Below, one piece after another: positions 1-12,512 of a DNA stretch of 64,000 bases; the first letter of the stretch is position 1, and each line of letters begins with the position of its first letter. The position numbers and the translations under genes were made by a program. The notes beneath the pieces were generated by a model, which was not told the origin of the DNA, did no database searches, and saw nothing but the letters and a program-made list of their open reading frames with translations. Source of the stretch: Phaeosaccion multiseriatum (Eukaryota > Protista > Ochrophyta, other classes); assembly GCA_965112735.1 (NCBI GenBank), contig OZ218957.1, positions 2,480,001-2,544,000 of the forward strand. The letters run 5' to 3'.

Positions 1-84
1 ATTGTCCTCCAAGACGTCCATCTCGGATGCCAAGGTGGACCTCGATAAGAAAATAGACATCGACACAGAAAATGGGGCACTTGC

Positions 85-3000
85 CTGCGAAGGCGAGGGC
101 AGTTGCGGAGAATGGCCAATACACCCGTGTCCGACATTTCCGTCCAGCGCTCAATGTCGAGCGCCTCGAGGTTCCTGTAACGCGAGGCGGAGGAGGAGTC
201 GAAAGACAAAACACCACAGGCACAAATGTGGGCAAACAAACAACAGTTATTGTAAGATTCATGTTGTTTTGTTGGCATTCAAACAGGAACAGCGGTGGGC
301 AGCAGGGGTGTGTGTATGTGTGTGTGTGCGTGTGTGTGTGTGTGTAGGTATGTGTGTGTGTGAGTGAGTGAGTGAGTGTATGAGTGCGTATGTGTATGTG
401 TGTGGGCAGCAGCAGTAGGTAGGGGAGGGGACAAACACTCTGAAGGGCGACACAGAGCGATAAATGGGGCGGAGTAAAGAACTGTCCGATGCCTTCAATG
501 ACTTACTACACCCTTAATGACTTACTTGCCCAGCACCTCCGCCATGAGGCAGAGAGAGGCGTCGCTCACGCTTGTGGGAGACAACTGAGAAAAAGACGAC
601 GACGAAGCGTCCGGTCCCCTGCTGTTGATGCCTCCGCTCGCCTCTACCCCTGACTCTGTCTCTGCGTCCCCTTCGCTGCTGCCGTTGCTGTTGCTGCTGT
701 TGCTGCTGCTGTTGTTGTTGTTGTTCGCGGCTGCTGCTCCTTCATCGGCGTCCGTCGCCTCGAGAGAGGGTTCAAAGCACCTCGGCCCAAGGTACACTCG
801 TTGGAGGTTCCCGGCCCCTGCCAGGTCAGGAAGGGAGAGTATGGCACATAGTCGGTACGCTTGTGAGTGAGTTGGTGAGTTTGCGAGAGTGGTGTTTGTT
901 GGCCACAGCAGCACAGCAACACAGCAACACACGTAGGAACTCAATGTCACATGTCCACCATTGATTGGCAGTCTCGCTCTCTCTCTCGCGAGCACACACA
1001 CACACACACATGCACATGCGAGCACACACCCACACACTCACCGCAGCCGACACACACCCACACGCACGCACGCACCCACACATCCACACACGCACACACA
1101 CACACTCACTCACCGCAGCCACCCTCCTCTTCTCCTGCGAGGAGGCACTGCATGACAACATCAGTGAGGCGCCCACAGCGAACCATATTGAGCATTACAA
1201 GAGAGCCCAGGGGGCTGGGAGAACGGCGGTCCGGGTGTTGAGCCAGGGAGGGGATGAAGTCTGCGGTGACTTGTTTGCAGTCGGACACAACGAGGGTAGT
1301 CACATCGAGACGGAGGCAGAGTTGGAGTACCCCCTCCTGTAGTAGTGTTTGGTAGGGAGAACAGATGGGGAGGGTGGGAGAGGGGCGGGGGAGAGGGAGG
1401 GAGGGAGGGATGGCAGTTGAGGGAGGGAGCCGAGAGGAAAGAAAAACATGCCTCTCACGCTTGGTCCTCACGCTCATCTTCGTAATGTGCTTGCATAGGT
1501 CCCATGCACACATCTGAGTACCCGCTTCCCTGCAGGGTAACTACCCGCTTTCTCCAGGGGGGTGGGGGTTCCACACACACACGCACACACGCACTACTCT
1601 GCACTCACCGTGGTGATGTTGTCGCACAGGTGCAGACGCACGTGTTTCACAGATGGCGGAAGGAGTGCCAACTCGTCATCCCCGACCTTGGCCAGGCGGC
1701 TGAGGTTGATGTCCTCGAGATGCTTGAGACCCTCAGAGATGGCCAAGATGCCTTCACGATCAACCTTCTTGCAGCTGTTGAGGTTCAGCACCTGAGGGGC
1801 GGACGGAGGGAGGGAGGGATGGAGGGAGAGAGGGAGGGAGGGAAGGAAGGAGGGAGGGAGGGAGGGAGGGAGGGAGGGAGGGAGGGAGGGAGGGATGGAG
1901 GGAGGGATGGATGGAGGGAGGGAGGGAGGGAGGGAAGGAGGGGGAGAGTCAAATCAAGGTAACAACGAATTAGAAGGATCTACGCAGGCGGAAAGAGCAT
2001 GTATACAGACGCGAAGCAGATGGCAACATGAGATAGCGACAAATCCCACGCACACACACACACACGCAACCCCACATACGCACACACACGCACACACACG
2101 CACCTGCAGTTTGGGGCAGCCTTGTGCAAGGGCCTGCACCCCCTCATTACCCACTTGCCAACAGCCGCGGATGTTCACCGAGGTCAGGTGCGGGCAGAGT
2201 GCGAGGCACTGCACACCGGCGTCAGTCACGCGCGCACACATGGACACATCCACTTCACGCAGCGAGGCTCTTCCCAGGGTGAGGGCCCACATGCCCCTGT
2301 CTGAGAGCTTGAAGTGATTGGGGAGGGAGAGGACTTCAAGGTGAGGACAAGCCGCCACGATGAACGCGACGCTGCTGTCGGAGAGCTGAGGAGGAGGAGG
2401 AGGTGTGGGGGTGGGAGAAGAGGAGGAGGAGGAGGAGGAGGAGGAGGAGGAGGAGGAGGAGGAGGAGGAGGAGGTGGTGGTGGTGGTGGTGGTAGCCGAC
2501 GAGGTGGAGGAGGCGCGCGAGAGGGGCTTGGCCGTGGTGCCGAGGAGGAGGGTGCGCAACTGCGTCTGGTGCTCGCTAAAGGGATGGTGGGTGTGTGTAG
2601 GGTGCCCTGCCGCGGCTGCTCCCCCTGCTGCTACTCCCACTGCTGCTCCTGCTGCTCCTGCTGCTCCTTCTCCATCACCCTCTCCCTCTGCCCCTCCTGC
2701 CGCCCCTTCTTGCGCCGCTGCCACTGCTGGTGGTACAGCTGCTGCTGGTACCGCTGGTGCTGGTGCTGGTGCTGGCGCCTCGGCCTCACCGTCAGGATGT
2801 AAAACAGCGTCACCCTGGCCAGCGGCTTGCTGCCCCCCTTCCTCCTCCTCCTCCTCCTGCTGCTGCTGCTGCTTGGACTCCGCAGACCCAACCCTGCCCG
2901 TGGCTAGCGCGTACATGAGCTGCCCAATTCCTTCGTCGTGCAGCAGCTACGGCGCAGAGGGGGAAGCCGACAGTTAGAGAAAGAGAGAGAGAGAGAGAGA

Positions 3001-3945
3001 CGTCAGACATCGGAAATAGGCGATTGGTGGAAATACTCGAGTACAAAGAGAGGCGAGAGACAGACACACATGTGGAGAGAGAGAGGGAGAGGGAGAGAGA
3101 GAGAGAAGGGAGAGAGAGACCCGTACTGGAGCTTTTAACCTTAACCATGTGTGGCAAGTCTGTCTCAATCCCCCACCCTGCCCCCGCCCCTTCCCCCTTT
3201 CTCTTCTTCTCTTCCCTTCACTCACCGAGTCTGCTCCCCCCAGGTTCAAGTACCTCACGCCCTGATGCTTGGCCAGGAAGGTCGAAAGATGGCCCACCTC
3301 CAGCCTGGTGCAGCGAGACAGGTCTAGTCGCCGCAGGGCCGAGGGGGAGGAGGAGGACGAAGAAGAGGGAGAGGGGAAGGGGGGAGGAGAAGGGGCCCTG
3401 GTGGTGGTGGTTGTCGTGGCAGTGGTGGGAGGAGTGGCCAATTTCATCAAACTCCTTCCCGTGATGTGAGGGCAGTTGGTGAGAGTGAGGGAGGTGACCA
3501 AATCCACTCTCCGCTTGCCTCCGCCTCGTGGCCCCTCCTGATTGAGCACATGGAACACTTCCTCGTCCGTCGGAGGTTCCCATCCGCCTACCCCACTGCC
3601 ACCGCTGCTGCCGCTGCCGCTGCCGCTGCTGCTGGTGCTGTTGTTGCTGCCCCCGCCCCCCGAGCCATTACTTAAACCCCCCGTGCACACGCTGGTGCTG
3701 AAGTCCACCTCCTCCCACAGAGGAGCATGCGTGGCGGCCTGGTGGAAGCACTTGGCTGTGTTCCCAACGGCATGCAGCGAGAGGGGGTCCAAGTAATGCA
3801 GGGTGACTTGTTGTAGGATGTCGTCAGCGAGCTGCGAAGCAAAGTCAACCTTGGGGCCCTTCATGTCGAAGGCGTAGCTCTCTTCGTCTTGGCCCCTCTT
3901 CTTTCGTCCAGGGGGCGACCAATCGTAGGACGTTGGGGGAAACAT
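85..3945 (-). CDS. F-box/leucine-rich-repeat (FBXL-type) protein; multi-exon, 3' end probably beyond the window start
   Basis: Phase-consistent exons 3945-3226, 2946-2104, 1791-1609, 1336-1114, 817-526, 174-~85 with GT..AG introns. F-box-like segment (LADDILQQVTLHYLDPLSLHAVGNTAKCFHQAATHAPLWEEVDFS) is followed by Cys-containing LRRs (LRRLDLSRCTRL, LREVDVSMCARVTDAGV, LTSVNIRGCWQVGNEGV, VLNLNSCKKVDREGI, LEALDIERWTEMSDTGV). Confidence 0.85.
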
Positions 3946-4270
3946 CTCCGGCGCAGTTGGCCTTGCCGATCGCCTGCGAAAGGGGTCAGGGCCGCGATCC
4001 TACTTGAGGAGGGGTAGGATTTCGCTACGCCTCTCCCTCCTGAAGCTCTGCTTCCTCCAACCTCTGCTTGCTGGTGATGTCTTCACATTAAGCCATGGAC
4101 AGGTCCTTTGCTTTAGAGATCTCCTCCTTGTTGCGATCGTAATGAGGTACGCGTTCGTCCGTAAGAGGAAGGTCAAAGCCCTTCAGAATTTTCCTCGTAC
4201 CCACGGGGTCGACGCGAAATTTCTGTAACGTTGAGTCTGCGGATTGTTACAAGTCGGAGGGAGGGAGGGA

Positions 4271-4555
4271 TCGGCCGGAAGAGGTTATCAGATTACTGAT
4301 TACGGCCGGCGCAGCCGGCCTGATTACTGATTACTGCCGGCGCCAGCCGGCCTGATTACTGATTATGGCGCCAGCCGGGCCTGATTACTGATTATGGCCG
4401 GCGCCAGCCGGGTCTGATTACTGATTATGACCGGCGCCAGCCGGCCTGATTACTGATTATGACGGGCGCTAGCCGGCCTGATTACTGATTATTGGCGCCA
4501 GCCGGCCTGATTACTGATTATGGTCGGCGAATACTGTAACCTCTTCCAGGGCCGA
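4271..4555. mobile_element. Non-autonomous TIR element (MITE-like) with internal ~31-bp tandem repeats
   Basis: Left end tcggccggaagaggttatcag; right end ctgtaacctcttccagggccga (reverse complement tcggccctggaagaggttacag). The same 6-mer gaggga flanks both sides (4265-4270, 4556-4561), although this lies in a GGGA microsatellite. Interior is 7-8 units of gattactgattatggccggcgccagccggcct. Confidence 0.75.
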
Positions 4556-5082
4556 GAGGGAGGGAGGGAGGGAGAGAGGGAGGGAGGGAGGGAGAGAGGG
4601 AGGGAGAGCGGGAGGGAGGGAGAGAGGGAGGGAGAGCGGGAGGGAGGGAGGGAGGGAGGGAGGGAGGGAGGGAGGGAGGGAGGGAGGGAGGGAGGGAGGG
4701 AGGGAGGGAGGGAGGGAGGGAGGGAGGGAGGGAGGGAGGGAGGGAGGGAGGGAGGGAGGGAGGGAGGGAGGGAGGGAGGGAGGGAGGGAGGGAGGGAGGG
4801 AGGGAGGGAGGGAGGGAGGGAGGGAGGGAGGGAGGGAGGGAGGGAGGGAGGGAGGGAGGGAGGGAGGGAGGGAGGGAGGGAGGGAGGGAGGGAGGGAGGG
4901 AGGGAGGGAGGGAGGGAGGGAGGGAGGGAGGGAGGGAGGGAGAGAGGGAGGGAGGGAGGGAGGGAGGGAGGGAGGGAGGGAGGGAGGGAGGGAGGGAGGG
5001 AGGGAGGGAGGGAGGGAGGGAGGGAGGGAGGGAGGGAGAGAGGGAGAGAGGAAGGGAGGAAGGGAGGGAGGGAGGGAGGGAG
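4556..5082. repeat. (GGGA)n microsatellite
   Basis: About 525 bp of near-perfect GGGA repeats. Confidence 0.95.
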
Positions 5083-5113
5083 TCGACCCTGGACAAGATT
5101 ATCTGATTACAGG

Positions 5114-5256
5114 TCGCCCCCTGACATGCTTCTGAGAGAGGCCAGTCCAGAAGCAGGAAGCAGGCCGGCTGGCGCCGGCCAGAAGCAGGAAGCAGGCCCT
5201 CTGGCGCCGGCCAGAAGCAGGAAGCAGGGTCGCCTCAGAAGCATGTCAGGGGCCGA
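5114..5256. mobile_element. Small TIR element of the same family; an orphan left end of a related element sits at 5083-5111
   Basis: tcgccccctgacatgcttctgag ... ctcagaagcatgtcaggggccga (23-bp inverted repeat, 1 mismatch). Interior has 3x ccagaagcaggaagcagg with a ggccggctggcgccggcc core. No TSD visible. Confidence 0.7.
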
Positions 5257-6079
5257 CACAATCACACCCTTCCAATTTCACTTTATAAGGTGATTCCTAT
5301 TATATTATAGGGACAAGGAAATGAAGGGCGGAGGCACTTGCGGCAGCCAAAAAGGCTGAAGCAACCAAGCGCACCAAGTATGTGGTGCCACGGGAAGGCA
5401 TGGAAGGCCAGGGTGGAGACATCCACTATGACCCCACGAGGTACCTCCTCGTCCCTTTTGGTGAGGAACAGGCAGGCAGCAAGGAGCATTTGGTCCGTCT
5501 GCCCAGGTGTTTATGAAAACACTCGCCACCCAGCCACATAGCTAATATATGCTAGAGCTGTTTGCGTCATTCGGTGATTGGCCGTGGCACTTTTCGATGG
5601 GGAGGACTGACGAGTCGGTTCGGGGGCTAAGTTCCCCGGGGCGGTGAGACGTTACTTTTAGACAATCACAGGTGGCACTTAAGGGACACAAATTTCCCCT
5701 CTTCCACGGACGTCTCGGCGCATAATCCTACACGCACTCGTCGAGCACATCATCTCCCGCACGAGTCGCACCGGCTCCTCCACCACCAAGGGCCACGTCC
5801 TGACCAGGCTTCGCCGCCTCGTCAGCTGCAGCCACCAGACGTTGCTTGTCTATCGGAGGGAGAGCGCACCTTCCTGGGCCGGCTCAAGCGCGGCGCCGGA
5901 CCAGCACTCCTTCTCCCCGACCAAGAGGGGGAGTAACCGGCCTCTCGCGGACCCCATCCCTCTTCGCCTTCGTGACACACACACTTTCAGTTTCTTGGGT
6001 GGTGAATTCCTATTAAGTCAATAAACATAAATCGCCTCTTCCTCTTTCCTTCCAGCCACATACCTGATACACCTGCAGC

Positions 6080-8332
6080 ATGTACAACATGTGGGTGCTC
6101 GTGCTTTGGCTGCTGACGGTATTCACCAACGCCTATCAGGGGCTGGCCTTCCTTTCCGGCGGACCTGTGGTGAGGTACAGCGGGCCACACTCCACCCAGA
6201 AGAAGGGGCATGGTAAGAGCGTGTTGTAGTGTGATGCTGGTGAAGGGCATGGTAAGGGCAGACTGTTGTAGTGTGATGCTATGCTGGTAGGGGCTGGGGC
6301 TTATTATGTTCCTGTCTGTCCTGAATTCCCACTTTATACCCCACGCCGTCTTCTGCTTGTTGTTTTGTGGTCTTGTTGGTTAGGGGTGGTGTCTCGGTGA
6401 TGGGGGCGTGATGTTGCTCTTCTCCACCTTCCTGCTCCAGTCTCTCGGTCTCTGTCTCTCTGTCCTTCTGTCTGTGTTCATCTCTGTCTCCCTCTTGGGC
6501 TCCCGGTCTCTCTATCACTTTCTCTGGCTGGCTGGCTGGCTGGACTGGCTGGCTGTGTTTAGCAAACAGTCTCTATCTCGCTCTCTTCCTGCCTGCCTTG
6601 GGTTACGGCGTTGTGCCCTGCCTGCCCGCGCACCCTGTGACACGTAGCTACCCCGGTGTTATATGCCTTGCTTCTCCCAAGATCGTGCTCCGGAGCTTTG
6701 TTCTCTGTCGCAGGACCCGGGAGCTGAAACAGCCTCACTGAGGGCCGTGACGAGCATCCCCCCCTCTCCAAGTCCAAATCGTCTCGCGTCTTCTGTGCTT
6801 TACATGAAGCAAGATATTGGAGAGCCTCCCTCAAGGCGGTGGACAGGTAAGAGCGATGGCGCGGGCTGGCTGGTATCGCTCAGCCAAAGCAAGGCGGCCG
6901 TGCTCGCTTGTTCACTCACTTCGTTGCTTCCGCATCTATATCAGGCACGCAGGAGCTCCCTCGTCTCCTTCACAGTGCCTACCTGGAGAATCTGAAGATG
7001 TCCGTGTTCCTGGAACCTACGGATGAGGTTCTTCTGGTGTTTGGCCGCAAGTCGGTGGGCAAGACCCGCACCATGCTGAAGGCCATCGAGGACTGGAGAG
7101 CAGAGGGGAGGCTGGTGGTGGAGGTAGACCTCAAGGGGGTCAGGATCAAAGCGGACGACTTCCCTGAGCTCTTGTGGAGGGAATACTTTCAGAAGCTCCA
7201 GCGCCAGGACGGTGTTAAAAAGCTGGGAAAAGGAAAAGGCTCCGTGAAGGGGGCCGCTTTGCGCATTGTTGATGAGATGTATGACAAAGCCACGATGTAT
7301 AGCTTAGCCTCGCGTAGGGTCTATGGGTTGAGGTGGAAGGGTAAATCGACTGCCGGCTTGAAGACCGACGTGAAGAGGGCGATTAACCAAGGAGTCCCTG
7401 CCGTAATTGCTGCGGAGCTGGCAGCCATGGCCAGAGCCGTCGATGACATCATCGGGTGGTGCTCCAAGGGGGAAACAACATGCAGAGCACTTCTTGACCA
7501 TCTTAAGAGTGTTGGCTGCGAGGAGGGCGGGATGCCACCTGTGCTCGTCATCAGGGAGGTGGAGAAGCTCGTTAGACCGGAGGATGGCCAGGAAGCAGCC
7601 GCAGGGAAGGCTGTTTTTAAAACGCTCTTCAGAATTCTTGAAAAGTGGCAGGATGGCACCTCCGTGGTTCCCGTGATTGTGGAAAGCACTGCGCTCCTCT
7701 CGGACGACCTCTACGACCACATACACTCTTCGCCGAACGCGTTTACGCCCGAAGAGGTGCCTCTGTGGCCCAAGGAGGAGGCGCGCAGGGAGCTGGTGCG
7801 AGATGCAGAGCTTCTCGATGACGGCAAGCGCATCGAGTTCTTCACGGAAGATGAGTTTGAGAAGCTGTGGGATGTGGTGGGGGGGCACGCGGGGCAGCTC
7901 TTTAACGTGCACTCCAGCCTTATCTTGGGCAACACTCTGGAGGAGGCCCTGGATGCGAAAATGAGGGACACGGCGAAGTGGCTTCGGTGTGTCTTGAGAA
8001 GTCCGAGAGGAAGGGACTATGCTGCTTTCCTGAACATGCCGGGTGCCGATCGGCACGATGCAGAGTTTGCTGCTGAGGATTGCCGCGAGCGCGTACTGGA
8101 TAAGCTGCGTGGGTCTCCTCTGCAATTTTTGCGCTGGGATGTGAGGGACAGCCAGGAAGCACTCAGCCTCGATTATCTGCTCGAGAGCTACGTGCTGTGG
8201 TACGACGAGGATAGCGGAACCATTGTTCCGATGCACAGGGCGTATGAGCAAGTCATCAAGGGGTGGAGAGAAATCGACAGAAGAAGAAGGAAGAGAGAGA
8301 GAAAAGCTACGACGGGAGGCAAAGAGACTTAG
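6080..8332 (+). CDS. P-loop ATPase (AAA16/archaeal-ATPase-like) with predicted bipartite plastid-targeting presequence
   Basis: Exons 6080-6212, 6682-6846, 6945-8332 are phase-consistent. N-terminus MYNMWVLVLWLLTVFTNAYQGLA-FL reads as signal peptide plus +1 Phe. Walker A VFGRKSVGKT; degenerate Walker B VLVIREVE; later GGH motif (WDVVGGHAGQL). Confidence 0.75.
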
Positions 8333-8480
8333 CTAGCTAGCTAGGCCATTAGGCCATTAGGCCATTAGGCCCTAGGCCCTAGGCCCTAGGCCCCAGCTCT
8401 CTGCAGCTCCCGTCAGTGCTCTGCGCGAGGGCAGCGAGGTTGTGCGCACCTTCCCACTGAAAGAAAGAAGGAAAGAAGGA

Positions 8481-8551
<71 letters not shown>
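8328..8551. repeat. (TAGC)n/(TAGGCCAT)n/(TAGGCCC)n run starting at the ATPase stop codon, then (AAAG)n at 8459-8551
   Basis: Directly visible short tandem repeats. Confidence 0.85.
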
Positions 8552-8552
<1 letters not shown>

Positions 8553-9805
8553 CAGCCTCACGCCTTGTTGCAGCGCTTCTGTGCACAGCCCACAACTAAT
8601 GTCGCAGCTTTCAGCTTTCAAGAAGACAGGTAGCTAGGCAGGGATAAGGTTCTCCTCCCGTGCTGGACGCTCTCAGCTCAGTCTCGGCCCTCAGGGAAGG
8701 GGGAGGAAATAAAGGAAACAGGGATAGCATCGTACCTCCACACCTCCACCACGTCGATAACCGCCTCCGCCATGAGTTGCAGGTGCTTACTGGATCAACC
8801 AGCTTCTATTACTCAGTGGCGACCCGGATTAGAGAGCAGAGCAGAGCAGAAAAAGGGAGAGAGAGAGAGAGAGAACCTTTAAGCTACATCACAACCAAAC
8901 GGGGCGCGAGATCACCGAAACCCTGTGCCAAAACTAAAACCAAGTTGGCTCTTTTCTTTTGAGCTCCTCGCTTTGTTGGATGGAGCGATGGAGCGAGTAT
9001 GTGACTACCCTTCACTATTACCCTCCACCTTTGCATGGGGGGTTGCTTCGAAACTGTCGAGCGAAGCAAAGATACGCTGAGCGCTGCGAGCCGCCCATCC
9101 ACGGACGCACGCACCCACAACCCACCCACCCCTCCACACTCCTCCGATCCGTCCTTCTGTTGCTGCTGCTGCTGCTCCTCCTCCTCTCCTGCTGCTGCTC
9201 CTCCTCCTCTCCTGCTGCTGCTTCTGCTGTTGCTCTTTCTGCCCCTCCCTTCGACTCAGCCCTGGTCTGATCGACTCGGTCGTTTCCCTTCCTCACTCGT
9301 TCGATCGTGTGAGCTCCGAGCTGCAGCTGCCAGGCGGAGGCCGCAAGCGAAGGGTCGGTATTGGAGACAGAGATGGAGACTGAGACAGCCGCGGCAGCGC
9401 CACAGCGCGAAGAAACCTCCTTCCTCCTTCCTCCCTCCTCCGTTCTCTTCGCTTTCCCGCCTCGTCCCTCTACAGCCTGGTTAGTTGGATCTTCGGACAG
9501 AGCACGGTCTCTGTGATCCACCTCACTCCTCACTCTGTTCTCTTGGGACGTCACGGGCGGGCGGGGTGGGGGTATCAGAGAGGAAATAACCTCGCCATCT
9601 GTGAGGCATGGAATCCCCGCTCCCAAGGGGGTGGGCGCCTGAAGCGGGAAAAGCTCGCTCTTCGGTTGTGTCTGGCGTATGCTGCAGGGTTTCCCCTCGA
9701 CTCTGTGCCTGCCTGGCTGCCTTGGCTGCGCGCGTGCGTGCGTGCGCGTGTGGGTGGGTGCGTGGGTGCGTGGGTGCGGGTGCGTGGGTGCGTGTGCATG
9801 GCCCA

Positions 9806-12512
9806 TCATGACCGGACGAGGAAGACGGAAGCCGCTGCCACCACCACTGACCACGCTGGCCACCCCACTACGACGTTGCGCAGCCCGGCTGCAGCAGTTG
9901 GTGATACAGCCGCAGGCATAGCAAGAGAGAAAAGACGGCGCGAAGGTAGAGGCGAAGAGAGGAGGTAGACAGACGGAACAAAAGCAGCAGATGATAAAAC
10001 AGATGGACCACAACAATGCCATTGCCTGACACCTGATACTCATACTCATACAGAGTCACAGAGGCGGGGGGCTGGAGGACCAACCGGGTCATAGGCGACA
10101 CACGCAAACACACGTACCGCTGCACGCACAGACACACATACACACATATGTACACACACAAACACACGCACACACACACGCACACGCACATGCACACACA
10201 CACACATGCACATACGCACGTACCGCTGCACTGGGACTCGCCACAGCAGTACGAAATCGTCACGTCCACTTCCGTCCCGTGCGCTGTCGTGACCGTTGTC
10301 TCCCCTGCGTAAGTTGGTGATACAACGCGTCATGCACACGGCACCATGTATGTGCGTGCGTGTGTGCACACAAACATACACATACATACATACGTACATA
10401 CATACGTACATAGATACATACACACACATACACACATACATACACACATACATACATACATACATACATACATACATACATACATACATACATACATACA
10501 TACATACATACATACACATCAGTGCGTACAGGCGGGGGGGGGGGATCGAGACAGCAGAGCATCAGATGCATCAGTTGGTGGTACAGCAGGAACCTTATCT
10601 TGGCACATGTCAAACATCCCCATGTACCCGTCGAATGTCCTATGCACCCCCCCCCCCCCCTGTCCTGACACCCACTACTCTCCCCCTCGACTCACCCACC
10701 TACCAACCCACTCTTTCAGTCCCTTTCTGAAGGCAACGGAACCAAGACCAAGCCGACAATGTAAGCCTCACTCGCTCATTTGCATTGTTCAGCTCGCTCG
10801 TCAGACACAAAATCTTATGGAAAGAAGACTAGAAAAAGGAGTGGCGAAGCTAACACTGTCCGTAGTCTTATGTAACTACGTACGTACCTAACTCGCATGA
10901 CGCGTCCTCATCCGTCCCCCACGTTCCCCAGCAGTCCCTGACATAATACTCTGAGTAGTACGTGTCCCACTCCCACTCGGGCACTGAGCACGAGGGAGGG
11001 AGGGAGGGACGGAGGGACGGAGGAAGTAAGTAAGGGAGCGACGGAGGGAGGGAGGGAGAGAGGGAGAGAGGGAGCGAGGGAGGGAGGAAGGGAGGGAGGG
11101 AGGGAGGGAGGAAGGGAGGGAGGGAGGGAGGGAGGGAGGGAGGGAGGGAGGGAGGGAGGGAGGGAGGGAGGGAGGGAGGGAGGGAGGGAGGGAGGGAGGG
11201 AGGGAGGGAGGGAGGGAGGGAGGGAGGGAGGGAGGGAGGGAGGGAGGGAGGGAGGGAGGGAGGGAGGGAGGGAGGGAGGGAGGGAGGGAGGGAGGGAGGG
11301 AGGGAGGGAGGGAGGGAGGGAGGAAGGAAGGAAGGGAGGGAGGGAGGGAGGAAGGGAGGGAGGGAGGGAGGGAGGAAGGGAGGGAGGGAGGGAGGGAGGG
11401 AGGTAGGAGGAGGGAGGGGAGGGAGGGAGGGAGAGAGGATGGGGTAAAGCGGAACGGGAACAAGAAAGGCGGGAAGGGGGGGGGGAATGCCACGAACGGG
11501 AGACAAGGCACAGTCTTTGCACCACTGTTGCCCCTTTCCTCTTTGTCCCCTCTATGACACGTTTCATACCCTACCGCCCTCTCTCTCTCTCTCTGTCTCG
11601 CTTCCTCTCTCTTCTCCCCCTCTCGCTCCCTCTCCTATCTCTCCTTCTCTCGCTTTCTCCCAGTCTCTGTCTCTCTCTCCCTCCCTCCCTCGCTCTCTCT
11701 CCCCCTCCCTCCCTTTTCTCTTCTGTGCCTCCTCTCTCACTCTCTCCCTCTCTTTTTCTCCTGCTCTCTCTTATCCTCTCTACTCTTTCTCTCTTTCTCT
11801 CTACTCTTATCCCTCCACCCCCCCCCCTCTCCTCTCTCCCCGGCCCCTTTTGTCCCCATGCTGCCCTTCTCATACCCCACCTCACCTAGGAGCCGCATGT
11901 CCCCGACGCTTGCTGTGCGGAACTCGAAGCACGCGCCCGAGGGGCAGGCCCGAACCTGCTCATAGGGTGGCAGAGATGAGACAAGGGAGAGAGGGAGAGA
12001 GGGAGGGAGGGAGGGAGGGAGGCAGGGGGTGGGGGTGTGAGAAGGGGTGGAAGCGTGACATGAGCGAGTTACAGTATGTCTAGTGTGGTACATTTGGATC
12101 AAATGGAAATGGAGAGACATGTCCTTAAGACAAGCCAAGCCAAGCCGGATGAGGAGGAGGGGAGGGGGCGGGGAGGCAACACCAAGATAACGGGGGCGTT
12201 TAGAATCGACTGACTCTCCGACACTCACCCATACTTTGCCGACGTCCTGTCCCTCTCCCCACTGACGGACGCACGGAGAGAGAGGAAGAGCGTGAGTGAC
12301 AGGGGCAACTGAGGCACTGAATTGAGTTGGACTGAGGCGGCAGGGGGTGTGTGTGTGCGTGTAGGCTGTGGTAGGGGAAAACTCACCTCTCCCCAGCCCG
12401 CCCAGCAGTACAGGTTCAAGGCAAAACCTGTTGGTATGAGCAGCAGCAAGGCAGCGAAGCCTGATAACCACCATGCTGCCGTCGGGAGCTTCGGCACGCG
12501 GAGCAGCCACAT
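9806..12512 (-). CDS. Small secreted, probably GPI-anchored, 8-cysteine Ly6/uPAR (three-finger)-like protein
   Basis: Six short phase-consistent exons: 12512-12387, 12261-12229, 11955-11886, 10983-10888, 10304-10224, 9888-9806. They give signal peptide (..WWLSGFAALLLLIPTGFA), then LNLYCWAGWGEWGEGQDVGKVWVRACPSGACFEFRTASVGDMRLLVPEWEWDTYYSEYYVRDCWGTWGTDEDASCELGETTVTTAHGTEVDVTISYCCGESQCSA, then hydrophobic tail GLRNVVVGWPAWSVVVAAASVFLVRS*. Confidence 0.75.
10375..10516. repeat. (TACA)n intronic microsatellite
   Basis: Directly visible. Confidence 0.9.
10993..11430. repeat. (GGGA)n intronic microsatellite; forms the polypyrimidine tract on the minus strand
   Basis: Directly visible; ends just before the acceptor at 10984-10986. 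Confidence 0.9.

Noticed and set aside
4291-4520. CRISPR-like array of ~31-bp units
   Set aside because: There are no unique spacers because the whole unit repeats, the context is eukaryotic, there are no cas genes, and the array is bounded by TIRs.
4518-5293. Long ORFs PPSL.. / GGRE.. on both strands
   Set aside because: Translations of a stop-free (GGGA)n microsatellite; the same applies to 10868-11567, 20732-21347, 22651-23975, 38966-39451, 41058-42450 and 60457-61038.
5283-5541. Short ORFs downstream of the TIR elements (possible transposase relic)
   Set aside because: No recognisable motif in any frame.
9018-10049. 343-aa minus-strand ORF
   Set aside because: Low-complexity with no domain; the real coding piece here is the 83-bp last exon 9888-9806 in another frame.
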